Positions 1 to 12,672 of a DNA stretch of 64,000 nt are shown here, piece after piece. The notes under the pieces are model-generated. The model searched no databases. It worked only from the letters and a program-made list of their open reading frames with translations, and was not told where the DNA came from. Both the position numbers and the translations under genes were made by a program. This DNA is from Octopus vulgaris (taxonomy: Eukaryota), in contig OX597821.1 of NCBI GenBank assembly GCA_951406725.2, positions 2,170,001 through 2,234,000 on the forward strand. Reading direction: 5' to 3'. The number at the start of each line of letters is the position of its first letter. Positions within the stretch are counted from its first letter, which is position 1.

Positions 1-130
1 TCTTTTCAGCCATCACAGAAATCGACACAATGTGGAGAAGCACTGCAAATCAAAGACACATGACATCAAGGCAGCCCTCCTGACGCCAGTCGGCAGACTG
101 ACAACCGAGGCTTGTACCAAATGGCTCTAG
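1..130 (+). pseudogene. Possible degenerate hAT-type transposase zinc-finger fragment
   Basis: Frame 2 reads FSHHRNRHNVEKHCKSKTH, resembling the FSIxHGGxxDVxKHxxxxxH finger half of hAT-like transposases; short and cut by the window edge. Confidence 0.3.
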
Positions 131-939
131 CGGCAAAAGCCTGAAATACAACGGTCTGGTCCCGCAGACAAATTTTCCTGTTAGTTTTGAGTACCACCTC
201 GTATATAAGTGTGCAGGTAGTTTCCATACATTTTGCATTGCATGCAGTTGCACACTTACATGCACACACACACGGACACACTCAGACACACACACATATT
301 ATGCGTTCAGTCTTTAGTCATTTAAGTAGTATAGAAACGGGGCCTAAAAATGTGCATGTGCAGTGATGCTTTTCAAATATAGACATGCCGCCAATTGTAC
401 GTTAGGATGTACTAGAAAGCGGCGTATATTGTTGTATAGATATCAACGTTTAGATCTTAAACTCTAATAGACAACTAGAACATTTCATAAAATTTGAATA
501 TCATATTTACTAGTTTTTAATGTATTATTTGACATTATTTTATGTATTTCCTTGAATTTATTGTGATTATTTAACCTAAATATATATCTATAGCTCAACA
601 AGATATATGATCATTGTGTTGTAAGCTATGGCTACATACACAAGTACGCCTGAGACGCATACATACACACACACATGTACACTCACATGTATAGATACGC
701 ATACATAAGAGTGTGTATTCCATGCAGCCAACACACATGACTGTACGCAAGTATATATTTATGCGAATATATACAGTCATGCGCACATACATGTGTACGT
801 GTGTGTATACATATTTATGTATATATTTGAATGCATTGTCGTATATTGAGAAAACGTCTTCCCGATAATTGCACACAGACTCTACGCTGTTTATACACAT
901 ACACAATACACGCAGGCATACATATATATACATACATGC

Positions 940-942
940 GTG

Positions 943-985
<43 letters not shown>

Positions 986-1013
986 ACCTATATATATATG
1001 TATGTATGTATAC

Positions 1014-1044
<31 letters not shown>

Positions 1045-1106
1045 CATATGTATATATGTATATATATATATGTATAAATATGTATACGTATATATATACA
1101 TATATA

Positions 1107-1141
<35 letters not shown>

Positions 1142-1170
1142 ATGTGTGTATGTATGTATGATATACACAC
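940..1170. repeat. Compound (TA)n/(TG)n/(TATG)n microsatellite, representative of dozens of such tracts across the window
   Basis: Directly visible; similar tracts at e.g. 2090-2440, 10020-10930, 20160-20620, 30350-30580, 39990-40200, 53510-53870, 62500-63090, 63470-64000. Confidence 0.97.
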
Positions 1171-2132
1171 ATATTCTCACAAGCATACATGTACGCACTG
1201 ACTGTACGGTCACACACATCGGATTGACGTTAGCACTAGCATTGGCAGAACTATTACTTCCACGCGAAAAACTTTACTCAAGCGATCTGGAAGGCTTTTG
1301 GCCCAATTCAGTTATGCCAAGTGCACTCTTCTGTTGCGTGAAATACCGTTTCTTTACAAATGAATAGGCTACCATGTTGTCTTTTGTTATTTCTCTCTCG
1401 TCGTCAACATTCGCTACAGTATCTCCCTCTCTCTCTTGTTCTCAATTTCTTTTCCTTCATCCTCGTCCTCCCTATGGCTCTCTCACTCCTTCTTTCTTTA
1501 ACATTGTTTTAGCACTATATATTTGATTTCTTCTGTGTCTTTTCTTTGTTTGGTTCTTCCGTTTTTGCCAGTACTTCCTGTGTATATGGAGGAGTGTGCT
1601 TATTGTCCTAGCTAACATTTCTTCGTTATCCTATATTGCCAAACGTTATAACATTTTATAATATTCATTTCTCCCCATTTTCTAGCCTTTGTTTCTACTA
1701 TACTTTCTTTCCTTCCTTCTTTCATTTCGCATTTCCTTACTTAATACTATCCGCCTTTCCAGCTCGCCTTATTTCCCTTTTTCTTTTATTGCCAAGAAAT
1801 TTTTGAAATAAACTGAATGACATAGCCTTTCACACTGACACTACACTTTCTTTCTTTCTCCCATTCCCTCTCTCCTCCTCCCTCCCTCCATTTATTTACG
1901 TATTAGGTTATACATTTCTTCCTTTCCTTCTTTCTTTCTTTTCTTAATCTCCGTGTGCTCTGTGGAGTCTTTTGTCCAACTTTACGTTGTATCTCTTTCT
2001 TTCTATCAGTGGCGCTCACTTCCGTTGATTTATACAGTTTTACCAACAACAATGGGATTAAGGGGTCTTTAAATGCTAAAGTAAAGTGTATGCATGTATG
2101 TATGTACGTACATATGTATGTATGTGTGTATG

Positions 2133-2177
<45 letters not shown>

Positions 2178-2301
2178 TTAGATTATATTTATATTTATGC
2201 CTCATGTACATGTGTATGTATTTGTATACGTTTATATATATGTATGTATACAGAGATGAATATGTGTAAAGTACTCACCTTCAGATACATGTGCCTATGC
2301 G

Positions 2302-2413
<112 letters not shown>

Positions 2414-3091
2414 TGTATATATATATATATGTATGTATATATCTACCAGCATGCACATGCACACAAGCACGCACACACTCGCAGACACACAGAGGCATGT
2501 ATATACATATACATGTTTCGGCGTGTATTAGGTGTGTGGTCTTGTTCATCTATTTGCGCGATGTTGTGTGTTGAGCGTATGCTTTAGATGTTATATACTT
2601 GTTCACCTACCTGGATGTGTTTATGCATTTGTGTCTGTATAGGTGTGTATGTTTGTGATTTTATGCTTGTAGACATTTGTATGTGTGTATCTCCATTCGA
2701 GAATATAGTGTCGTACTTACATGTATGCATTCATCTGACATACCATGTTTTCGCGAACGGCGCTGTTGATCGACCTAGGCCCTCCCTACTCGCACACATG
2801 TGAGATTCCAGACTCCGACCTGTAGAATCTCCATCTGTTTCCTTCTATGTATAGTGTGCGTGGGAGCAAATGATCAAAACGCTGCAAATGATAAGAATGC
2901 AGGGTATGATTTGAGGACGGCATATCTAATGTATTAACGGCAGCGGTCATACCAATCATAGATTACCTTGTTAGTGACAATATAAAATAGCACTACGTAC
3001 CACATTGCCTGTTTGTGTATGTCTGTGTATGTGTGTGTACTTCTGTTTCTCTCTCTCTCTCTATCTATCTATCTACTTACCTATGTATCTA

Positions 3092-3186
<95 letters not shown>

Positions 3187-3308
3187 ATGTATACATATAT
3201 ACATACATTCGTACATACATAGCATACATCAATACGTACATACATGCATACATACATACATACACACATACATACATACATACATACATACATACACACA
3301 TACATGCA

Positions 3309-3339
<31 letters not shown>

Positions 3340-3432
3340 GATGTTGAAATTCCAATGAAGGAACCTTGGATCTAGGTTCGAAACAGGTTCTTTCTCTATT
3401 GCCAAGAAATCTTGAAATAAACTGAATGACAT
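3340..3432 (+). repeat. Short interspersed repeat, possibly PLE pLTR-derived
   Basis: gatgttgaaattccaatgaaggaaccttggatctaggttcgaaac...gaaataaactgaatga recurs inverted at about 48965-49057 and partially at about 1787-1823. Confidence 0.6.
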
Positions 3433-3439
3433 ACACAGG

Positions 3440-3470
<31 letters not shown>

Positions 3471-3529
3471 ACACACACACACATACACACACGCACACAC
3501 ACACACATATACAGAGAGAGAGGTAACTG

Positions 3530-3700
3530 AGGTTATCCAAGGGAATGGCAAAGGTCAACACAGCTTGGCACTAATGACGTCACAACTCGCTTCTACAGCT
3601 GAGTGAACTGGAGCAACGTGAACTAAAGTGCCTTGCTCAAGAACACAACTCGCATCCCAGTCCGAGCTTCGAACTCTCTACCTCGTGATTGTGACCCCAC
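3530..3700 (-). mobile_element. tRNA-derived SINE, family C fragment
   Basis: Reverse complement matches the 42091 copy: gttgtgttcttgagcaaggcacttt...ttcactcagctgtagaa; B-box-like GTTCGAAGC. Confidence 0.75.
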
Positions 3701-3921
3701 AAACATAGTCACTCACACAAGCAGCCACTCACACACTCACGAACACAAACAATAACACAGTGTCTTAAGAGAAGCAAGAAATGTTTATGATAGATAAGCA
3801 TGGGAATATAAAGAAAAAGTATGGAAGACACGTTGAATGAAATATAAACACGAGAAGGGAAGGAAAAGAAATAAAAAACATAACGTAGTATTATCGTAAG
3901 AAAAAAAGACAAAAAGTACAC

Positions 3922-4053
3922 GACAATATTTAGGAATAAAATTAGAGTAGGCCACAGCCTGACTAGTAACCTAGCTTCCATCATAGCCTCGATTAATAAT
4001 TTTAAAAATCTAGACACATTCTATGAAGCTTGGAAAATGAGGAACAATAAATG
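3922..4053 (+). pseudogene. Penelope-like element ORF fragment, identical to 6257-6388
   Basis: TIFRNKIRVGHSLTSNLASIIASINNFKNL resembles the PLE post-RT motif IFNRNTIKVSYSxxxNxxSIISSHN. Confidence 0.5.
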
Positions 4054-4807
4054 GCGGGCCTAGTGTAAAACGGAAGATGACCACTAATGAGGCGCCTCAT
4101 AGTAATATAGACAAATTCATTGTCTGCAGATAGAGGGGAAGATAGGGAGTAAAGGGAAATAGAATATGTGGAGAGAGGTAGCGAGAACGAGAAAGAAAGC
4201 AAGAGTGAGAGAGAGGCAAAGAGAAGTAGGGAAAGCGATGAAAGGGAAAGTAGTAATAGCCCCCCCACAATACAACACGAACACAGAATCTAGCAAAGGA
4301 ACTTAAGTGAGAAAAGAGTGGATATTTCATGATACTAGCGAGCGTGCGCGAGTGTAGCTAAACGAGCAACATTTTCATTCGTGTAGGCTTTAAATAGTAT
4401 CTAACGTCTGTCAAGGGATACAGAGCTCGTGTACGTAGCTGCGCAACAGTCAATATTGTGATATAAGACATCCAAATATGAACGTAAAAGTATGTACGTT
4501 AAAAGTACACACACACACACACACACAAGAGCACACAAGGGTACACAAACAATACGCATACGAACACACTAGCTCACCCACACACTAACATACGAATTAT
4601 GTTTAAGCATGTATGTGAGGCCAAACGTTGTGTGCGTAATTTGATTGTACAGAGTTAGTGAAAAGGAATTAAGTGGTAGCCATGTGCAATGTTTATGCCT
4701 GGTGTGTTATGTTATGAAGGAATGTGTGTACCAGCGGTAGACTGGTGGTTCGGGGGTGCTTGATGCTGTCAGCTGTCTGTGTACACCTGTGTACGTGAAG
4801 CTAGTGA

Positions 4808-4847
<40 letters not shown>

Positions 4848-4848
<1 letters not shown>

Positions 4849-5101
4849 GACCAGTCCATCAGATAGGTTTTAGCCTTCGAATGACGCCGTCCCGCTGGCT
4901 AAGCGAGCAGGCCAACAGAAGAAAGAGTAGGAGAAAGAGTGGTGAAAGAGTACAACAGGGGTCATGCATCCCCTGCCGGAGCCGCGTGGATCTTTTTTTG
5001 GTGATTTCGCTCAATAAATACTCACAACGCCCGGTCTGGGAGTCGAAACTGCGATCCTACGACCACGTGTCCGGTGTCCTAACCACTTGGCCATTGTGCC
5101 T

Positions 5102-5103
<2 letters not shown>
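4848..5103 (-). mobile_element. tRNA-derived SINE, family D
   Basis: Minus strand begins ggaggcacaatggccaagtggttagg (A box) with GTTTCGACTCC (B-box-like); homologous to the 29359 and 55485 copies. Confidence 0.85.
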
Positions 5104-5153
<50 letters not shown>

Positions 5154-5156
<3 letters not shown>

Positions 5157-5546
5157 ATAGAAATATTAAAATTACTAAGTCTCTATAAAAGAGATTACGG
5201 CAGCGTTTACTGGTGGAAATTAATTGTTATCGCCATATTAATATGGCATTCTTATAGATATAAGAATAATCGCTGCCGCTGGTCAGCTCCATGAGGCCAC
5301 CGCCTTAAGATAGCTATTGATACACGATCTGTATCCATTATAACCTTCGAACAAGGAAGGTCAGCCGCTTCACACTGCCAGTCCGACAGCTACAGACGCG
5401 TTTCGGGGTAGTGCCCCTTGTCAATGTAGCGCAGTCAGACCCCGCAGGTGTCGCCACTGACGTCTCTGTTCGAAGGTTTCTATTTACCTAGTTTCAGTGG
5501 AATACATCCACTTGTTTTCAATAATAGAAATATTAAAATTACTAAG
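5154..5546 (-). mobile_element. 367-bp HHR-containing unit (retrozyme or PLE pLTR-like) bounded by a 26-bp direct repeat
   Basis: ataatagaaatattaaaattactaag at 5154-5179 and 5521-5546; several internal hairpins and an HHR at 5389-5430. Confidence 0.6.
5389..5430 (-). ncRNA. Type I hammerhead ribozyme, U3-A8 core variant
   Basis: Minus strand: GCUACA-UUGACAA-GGGG cacua CCCC-GAAAC-GC-GUC/UGUAGC; 6-bp helix I, 4-bp helix II, palindromic helix III (ACGCGU), GUC site. Confidence 0.8.
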
Positions 5547-6079
5547 CAGCTATCTATCTATCTTTCTCTAATCACTATGACATTCAATATGTCTCCTCCT
5601 TTCCATATTCATATTTTACTATTTATATATATATACATACATATATGCAAGAAGAAAAGTGGCCTTCCCCTTCACAGCTCAAGTACGTTTAATAGACTGT
5701 AAAACACATAACATACGAATTTTGGTGCATTTATTTCACTACTAAGGAAGCATGTTAATCCTCAGTGAACAAGACTTATTGGGGTATCAAATATTTTCCT
5801 CCCAAATCTACTTAAACCTTATGAAGCGTTAATTGGAATCAGTTTGATATACTGCGAAATTTCAAACTAGAAAACATAACATACAACATGCAGACAAAAG
5901 AAAATATACTAATAAAGAGCGAGTGAGAGGGAGTGAGAGAGAAGGAGAAAGAGATGATGTGAGAGAGAGAGAGAAAGGGAGAAGTTTAACTAAGTGCATA
6001 TTCTGGCTAGACTTTTCACTGGCGATGTAAAGAAAGGGGGTTCATTCAAACTCATGGTGAAAATGGAGCTAACTCTCTC

Positions 6080-6389
6080 CGGATTACTGAGAGAGAAAGA
6101 AACAATAGTGCAAGGTAGAAGGTATACTTCCACAGGCCTTACAAACAATGAGGGTAGTTTCTATACCTAGAAAGAGATGATGTGAGTGATAACTCGGGCT
6201 CGTAATCCCTGTCACCATGCACCTCAAATCCAACATAGTTCGCTCATTAATGAAGAGACAATATTTAGGAATAAAATTAGAGTAGGCCACAGCCTGACTA
6301 GTAACCTAGCTTCCATCATAGCCTCGATTAATAATTTTAAAAATCTAGACACATTCTATGAAGCTTGGAAAATGAGGAACAATAAATGA
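6080..6389 (+). pseudogene. Penelope-like element ORF fragment
   Basis: ORF 6186-6389 ends EETIFRNKIRVGHSLTSNLASIIASINNFKNLDTFYEAW, PLE-like region C-terminal to RT. Confidence 0.5.
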
Positions 6390-6855
6390 TGGTGAGACCA
6401 CTAATGAGGCGCCTCATAGTAATATAGACAAAAAAAGTAGTAATAGCCCCCCCACAATACAACACGAACACAGAGAAAGTGGAAGACGAAGAGTATGAGT
6501 TAGGAGGAGGGTGATGCAGAGAGGAGGTTTGCTAGAGTTTTGAATCAAATATATTATACGCATCATTATTACATCCATTTGCTTATTATTTATATAGTTA
6601 GTAGGATTACTGAGGCAATAAAACTTCATATTAACTTCCCCATGTATGTTGATACACACAAACACAAACATACACATATTGTTAGATAGATAGAGTAGGA
6701 GATAGGGAGGAGGAGATGTGTTGATAGATAAATGAATAGATACAGTTGCATACATGTCTGTATTATATATATGCATTTATATGCACATATCTATCTAGCT
6801 CTCTCTCTCTCCCTCTCCCACTGTATACATACATACATACATAAATATATATATA

Positions 6856-8393
6856 CTAGCGTTATGACCCGTCGTTGCCGGGTCATAGTGCTAGTGCATG
6901 TATATATGTATATATATATGTGTACATATTACATGTACATCTTTATATATATACATCTACATATAAAATACAAAATACAAAGTTATATCTTGATATCACT
7001 AGTGATAACAATACTCAAAATATATAACAGACTGGAATTGTAGGCCCGTCTCTTGCAATTTCGATCAATTGTATCTTGTCCTCCCTCTTGTATAGAAGTG
7101 TGGCTACAATCCAGCCTAACTCTATTTCTGGGGGGACATTTTAAATTTTTATCCGGGACGTCCTACGTCCCAGATATAAAGGTAAAAATAAAATATTTCC
7201 ACTTTGCAAGGTTCGAGTCGAGTACTACCTTGCACGCTCCGTTGACTCGAACAATGCGTCTATTGTGGCGAATTTACCGCCTCTTGTTAGATATCTTTCA
7301 TAGTCGCACCAAGACACTTTTCGATGGTGCTTTCCTCCAGGTTTTCAGATCTTTTTTTTTGTCTACATTGTATACTTTATAGACAATAGTCTTTTCTTTA
7401 ATTTAATTTTTTATTTCGTTTGGTGGTGTTATCCTAGATTCACCGTCTTTGTCGGTGATCAATCCATATTTCTTCCATTTTAATTTCAATGAGTTCGCGC
7501 CCACCGACAGCTGCAGCGAAATTCATTTTTGGACTTTCTTCTATCGAAGGCATTCTAACAAAAATGCTTCCGTGTAAACGGTGAAAATATCGTCAATTTC
7601 CCCAAACAGAGACACAATTCAATTTTTAAACAATAACCAAAACTCCTTCTCCCAAAGGGGGAGGGTTACAGTTTACAATTATTTAACAAATGCAACACAA
7701 CAATGTTTCCTTTACGAGGAACCAACAAACGTGATAACAATAGTTAAACAGCAATAATAATAACAACAAACCTTACAATGAGCCCGAAAGCAGTAAGCAG
7801 TTGAAGCTTTAGTCCTTTATGTATAAGAAATAAACCAACAGCAGTATTCTATAGGAGCGGCTGTTCGATAAAACAGATATTGCATACAGCCAAACTTCAT
7901 ATAGATACTTAATGCTAGCTACTTAGCAGATAATCTAAAGTAAAAGCACAGCACCATCTGGACTATTCCATTTCTGCACGCTAATTTTACTTTCAATTTA
8001 CTCACATTTTTTTTGCCCATGTAACTACATGTGTAAAGTCATTGATGCAATTTTATACCAATTGCTATTTTTACTTTTGTTATGTTACGATTATATTATA
8101 CTTTAGTTTGATTTTAATTATTACTTACTACATATAATTCAGTTGTTATTATTATTTTTATTGTTAAAGTGAAAGTATCTGACATAAAATAGAGAAATGT
8201 TTTTGTTTCACTTTTAACACGTAATACTGAAATAGTGGAGAAGATATGATATTGCTATAGGCTCGCTCTAGGCAAGAAGTTGAACATTGTTTTTGCCCAT
8301 GTAACTACATGTGTAAAATTTGAATGAAATTGGTTGTGTAGTTCTCAGGTTTTAGGGAAACATACAGACAGACAGACAGACACACATTCTCAG

Positions 8394-8400
<7 letters not shown>
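6856..8400 (-). mobile_element. Non-autonomous Helitron (Lep1-like architecture)
   Basis: Minus-strand 3' end: hairpin tatgacccg-gcaacga-cgggtcata then acgCTAG|t (6856-6887); 5' part has (CTGT)n and a tttcattcaaattttacac motif merging into (TA)n; internal 28-bp repeat at about 8010 and 8290. Confidence 0.75.
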
Positions 8401-8463
<63 letters not shown>

Positions 8464-8764
8464 GTGTGTGTTTGTGTGTGTGTATAAATGCAAATGTTTG
8501 TACGTATGAATGCATGTTTGTATATTTGTATGAATGCATGTATGTATATATATATATATGCATGCATGCATGTATGTATGTATGTAAATGCTCAAGGACT
8601 TGGACTTAGAATCTTATAAATGCCGAAACATTGAATTTTAACTTTCATAGACAATCCCTATGAACTGCAGTTCGAAATCATCTGACCAGCGTACCAAGAA
8701 ACAGCAAAAATGCGCGCACGTGTGGGCGAGCACACACACACGCACACACACACATATACACAAA

Positions 8765-8799
<35 letters not shown>

Positions 8800-8959
8800 A
8801 AATTTACTTCTTGCGGTGTGTGCAAGGAGCAGTGCCCCTTATGACTGACACTGCTCTTGTTCTGTATAAATTGTTACAGGCTAACAAGCTCATAGATGTC
8901 ATGAGCAATTATTGCTTCCCATTAATAATAATAATGTTCATCTCTACTATAGTCACAAT

Positions 8960-9240
8960 GTCTGAAATTTGCTGGGTGGGTGAGGGGAGGCAAATCATTG
9001 AAATCGAGCCCATTGTTTCACTGGTACTTAATTTATCGACCTCGAAAGTTTGAAAGTCGAGCTCGGCGGAATTTGAAATCCGTCTTCATGTTTTCAGTTC
9101 AAATTCCCATGAGGTCGACTTTGCCTTTCATCCTTTCGGGGTCGATGAATTAAGTACCAGTGGAATACTTGGGTCGTTGGAATCAAGTAGTCCCCGCCCG
9201 CTAAATTTCAGGCCTTGTGTCTATAGCATAAAAGATAATT
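8960..9240. mobile_element. Two oppositely oriented family B SINE fragments
   Basis: gtcgactttgcctttcatcctttcggggtcgat...aagtaccag on + (about 9095-9240) and its reverse complement at about 8960-9080; another fragment at about 9520-9630. Confidence 0.8.
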
Positions 9241-9269
9241 CCTATTATTAAATCCAGGTTCCAACCCGG

Positions 9270-9495
9270 GTTGGTGCAACAAATTCTAACCGCTACATTT
9301 CTCGGGTCATCACCACTGTCTCGATGTCCTTGATACATTTCAGTCCAGTGTTTGCAATCTAGTTGTTGGTGTAAGTGTGACGACCACTTCCTCTTCTTAC
9401 TTGTGGGTTCCACAGGACTAATGTAGATGCCTCCAGCTCAGTGTGGTGTACGCAGTGACGGGAAAGTCGCAGCTGACTTTGCTTGAACTACTCGT
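9270..9495 (-). pseudogene. RTE-clade LINE C-terminal fragment
   Basis: Minus strand: QSQLRLSRHCVHHTELEASTLVLWNP..RRGSGRHTYTNN*IANTGLKCIKDIETVVMTRE, like RTE RRLRLAGHCxRH..LVLWEP..RGRP..Y...L..DTGL. Confidence 0.7.
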
Positions 9496-10019
9496 TAATT
9501 TTACTTTTTGTGTTCAATTTCTGCCTTTCATCCTTTCAGGGTCGATGAAAAAAGTACCAGTTAGGTACTGATTTCAATGAAAGCGACTAGCCCCGATCCC
9601 TTAAATTTCAAGCCTTTCGTTTAGAATAAAAAGGATATCACGTGAAACAGACAGAAGCGGCATAATTACGATCAGTAATTCTAAGGAAGAGTATTCAATT
9701 TTGTTCAGAATTCCTTTTATATAACTACGAACATGAATTAAACTAATATATTCTCCGAAAGAATATATGCATCTCAGTCTATTGCAGTCATTCTTCTATC
9801 AGCCTTTCAATCTAGTGTAAAGAAAAGGTATTAGTCAGACTGTGGTCTTCTGCTTAGTGTATAATTCTCTAACGCTTCGTGAATAAATAACTTATTTCAA
9901 TCGTCTAAGATGTTGCTGGTGAACTAATGGTATTCACCACAATGAATTATTTGGTTACCATTAAAAGAGATTCAACAACATATCCATCCATCCATCCATC
10001 CATCCACCCATCCTTCCAT

Positions 10020-10106
<87 letters not shown>

Positions 10107-10120
10107 TAGATAGATAGATT

Positions 10121-10175
<55 letters not shown>

Positions 10176-10298
10176 GTATATGTTGTTGAATGTATTCATG
10201 CATTTATTTGCTTTTATCTCCGGCTATCGCTCGCTAATTGCAAACGTAAGTATATACATACATGCATACATACATACAAACATACATACACACACACA

Positions 10299-10392
<94 letters not shown>

Positions 10393-10598
10393 CCATATGC
10401 AGATTGCAAGCAAGACATCTCAATCATCCATTATCCATTCCGTATTGAATTGCTAATTCCTTTAATTAATACTGAAATCGGAAAAAATTATTCATTCTAT
10501 ACAGCTTTGTTTTCACTGGTTTCCCTCTCTCTCCACCCCCACGTCTTTTTCTGTGTCTGTCTCTGCTTGTATCTCTCTGTTTCTAAACACACACGCAC

Positions 10599-10688
<90 letters not shown>

Positions 10689-10803
10689 GTATATATATAC
10701 ATATATACATATTAAATATAGGTTTATACATATGGACACATTTGGCCTCTCCTTCTCTCTCTTTCTCATTCTCACCGTCTCTCTGTTTGTATTTACATAT
10801 ATC

Positions 10804-10934
<131 letters not shown>

Positions 10935-11495
10935 AGCATCTTATAATGAGTTTAATACTCAAGAATACAATTATACAATTGTATTCCCTTACGTGTTAAC
11001 GATTCTTTACATTCACAGATGTTTCTATCAGATAGTTCAATATACGACTTATACAGTTAGGCATTCAGATTTATTCACTTAAGTTTTCGTTGCTTCAAAA
11101 AAAAAAAGAAAAGAATGGAACATAACAAGAAATCATATAATCAAACAATATATTATTGCAAGTTGTAAGAGGATTTCCAAGTTGATTGAAGCATGTGAAA
11201 TTAAATTTATATATAATTACACGAATGAAATATGATTTTTAAAAAAATAACAAAGACAACTTCAATGAAGACAAGATGGCAGAGAAGCAAACAAAAGGTA
11301 TTAGTCAGACTGTGGTCTTCTGCTTAGTGTATAATTCTCTAACGCTTCGTGAATAAATAACTTATTTCAATCGTCTAAGATGTTGCTGGTGAACTAATGG
11401 TGAAGTCACCCCCTGTTGTATCTAAAATATATTGTGATAAATTTGATTAGGAATGCCGCATCTAAAATGCGTTTGATCACTGATGTATGTATATG

Positions 11496-11567
<72 letters not shown>

Positions 11568-12006
11568 GTGTGTGTGTGTGTGTGTGTGTTTGTGTATGTG
11601 TGTGTGTGTGTTAGTGTGGGTGTGCGTGTGTGTATTTTAAAACAGGACCTGAATACATAACTTCACGATAAGCACACACACACATACACACACACACACA
11701 CATACACACACACGTACACGTTCAGAGATATAACATGTCTTCTGGACGTGATGTTCATAAAGAAATATCTATTGGAATGCTATAAAAATCCTCACAGGAG
11801 AGTCTGGTGAGAACTCCAGGTGCATTTCGGCCTAGTTGTGCTTTGTCAATGGGATAAAACACAGAGCCAAATTATTCATTCTATACAGCTTTGTTTTCAC
11901 TGGTTTCCCTCTCTCTGCATGACGATGCCTTCATTGTTATAGCGAAAAATCCCTTGAGTCAATAAAAATCCGTTATGTGAAATAGAAACAGAAATAGAAT
12001 AAAAAA

Positions 12007-12061
<55 letters not shown>

Positions 12062-12241
12062 ATCGCTATGATAGATCGTTAGCCACTACATACATTTTTT
12101 TCTCTCCTTGTTTCTCTCCTTTTTTTCTCTCCATGTTTCCTCTCCTTTTTTCTCTCTTTTTTTCTCTCCTTGTTTCTCTCCTTGTTTTTTTTTTTCTGTG
12201 TCCCTTTCTGTAGAAGAGCGTAGGCTGCTTGTTTCTAATAT

Positions 12242-12422
12242 CGCTTGACTACAGATGCTGGTGTGTTTACGTCCCCGTAACTTAGCTGCTCGGATAAAGA
12301 GACCGATAAGATAAGTACTAGGCTTGCAGAGAATAAGTCCTGGGGTCGATTTGCTCGACTAAATGCGATGCTCCAGCATGGTCGCAGTCAAATGACTGAA
12401 ACAAGCAAGAAAGAGTAAAGAG
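12242..12422 (+). mobile_element. Family A SINE, 3' half
   Basis: gatgctggtgtgtttacgtccccgtaacttag...gtcaaatgactgaaacaag as in the full copy at 56440. Confidence 0.9.
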
Positions 12423-12459
12423 ATATGCATATATACAGGGGAGTGCGCTCTGTTGCTAA

Positions 12460-12672
12460 AGTATTAAATGTAGAAAACATATCAATATTATCTGCAGTCG
12501 AAACCATATATTTTAGACAAGGATAATGAGCAGGGTCACCATCTGACAGTTGTGTCTCCCACAAAGTTATCTTCAACTTGAACTCGCGTATGCTTTCAAA
12601 ATACCGAGACAAACTTTGTACGGCCTTGCAGCATTTTGTTCAGATTATTCACGTGCTCTGTAATATCCATGA
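12460..12672 (-). pseudogene. hAT (SPIN/Buster, GTF2IRD2-like) transposase fragment
   Basis: MDITEHVNNLNKMLQGR then, after a frameshift, SIREFKLKITLWETQLSDGDPAHYPCLK; matches the DITxHLNxLNxxLQG..FKxKLxLWExQL..HFPCL motif. Confidence 0.8.

Noticed and set aside
12200-12230. ctgtagaagagcgtaggct, HHR-like start (related text at about 37970-37995 on - and about 45250)
   Set aside because: No GAAA half in any copy in this window and the core is non-canonical
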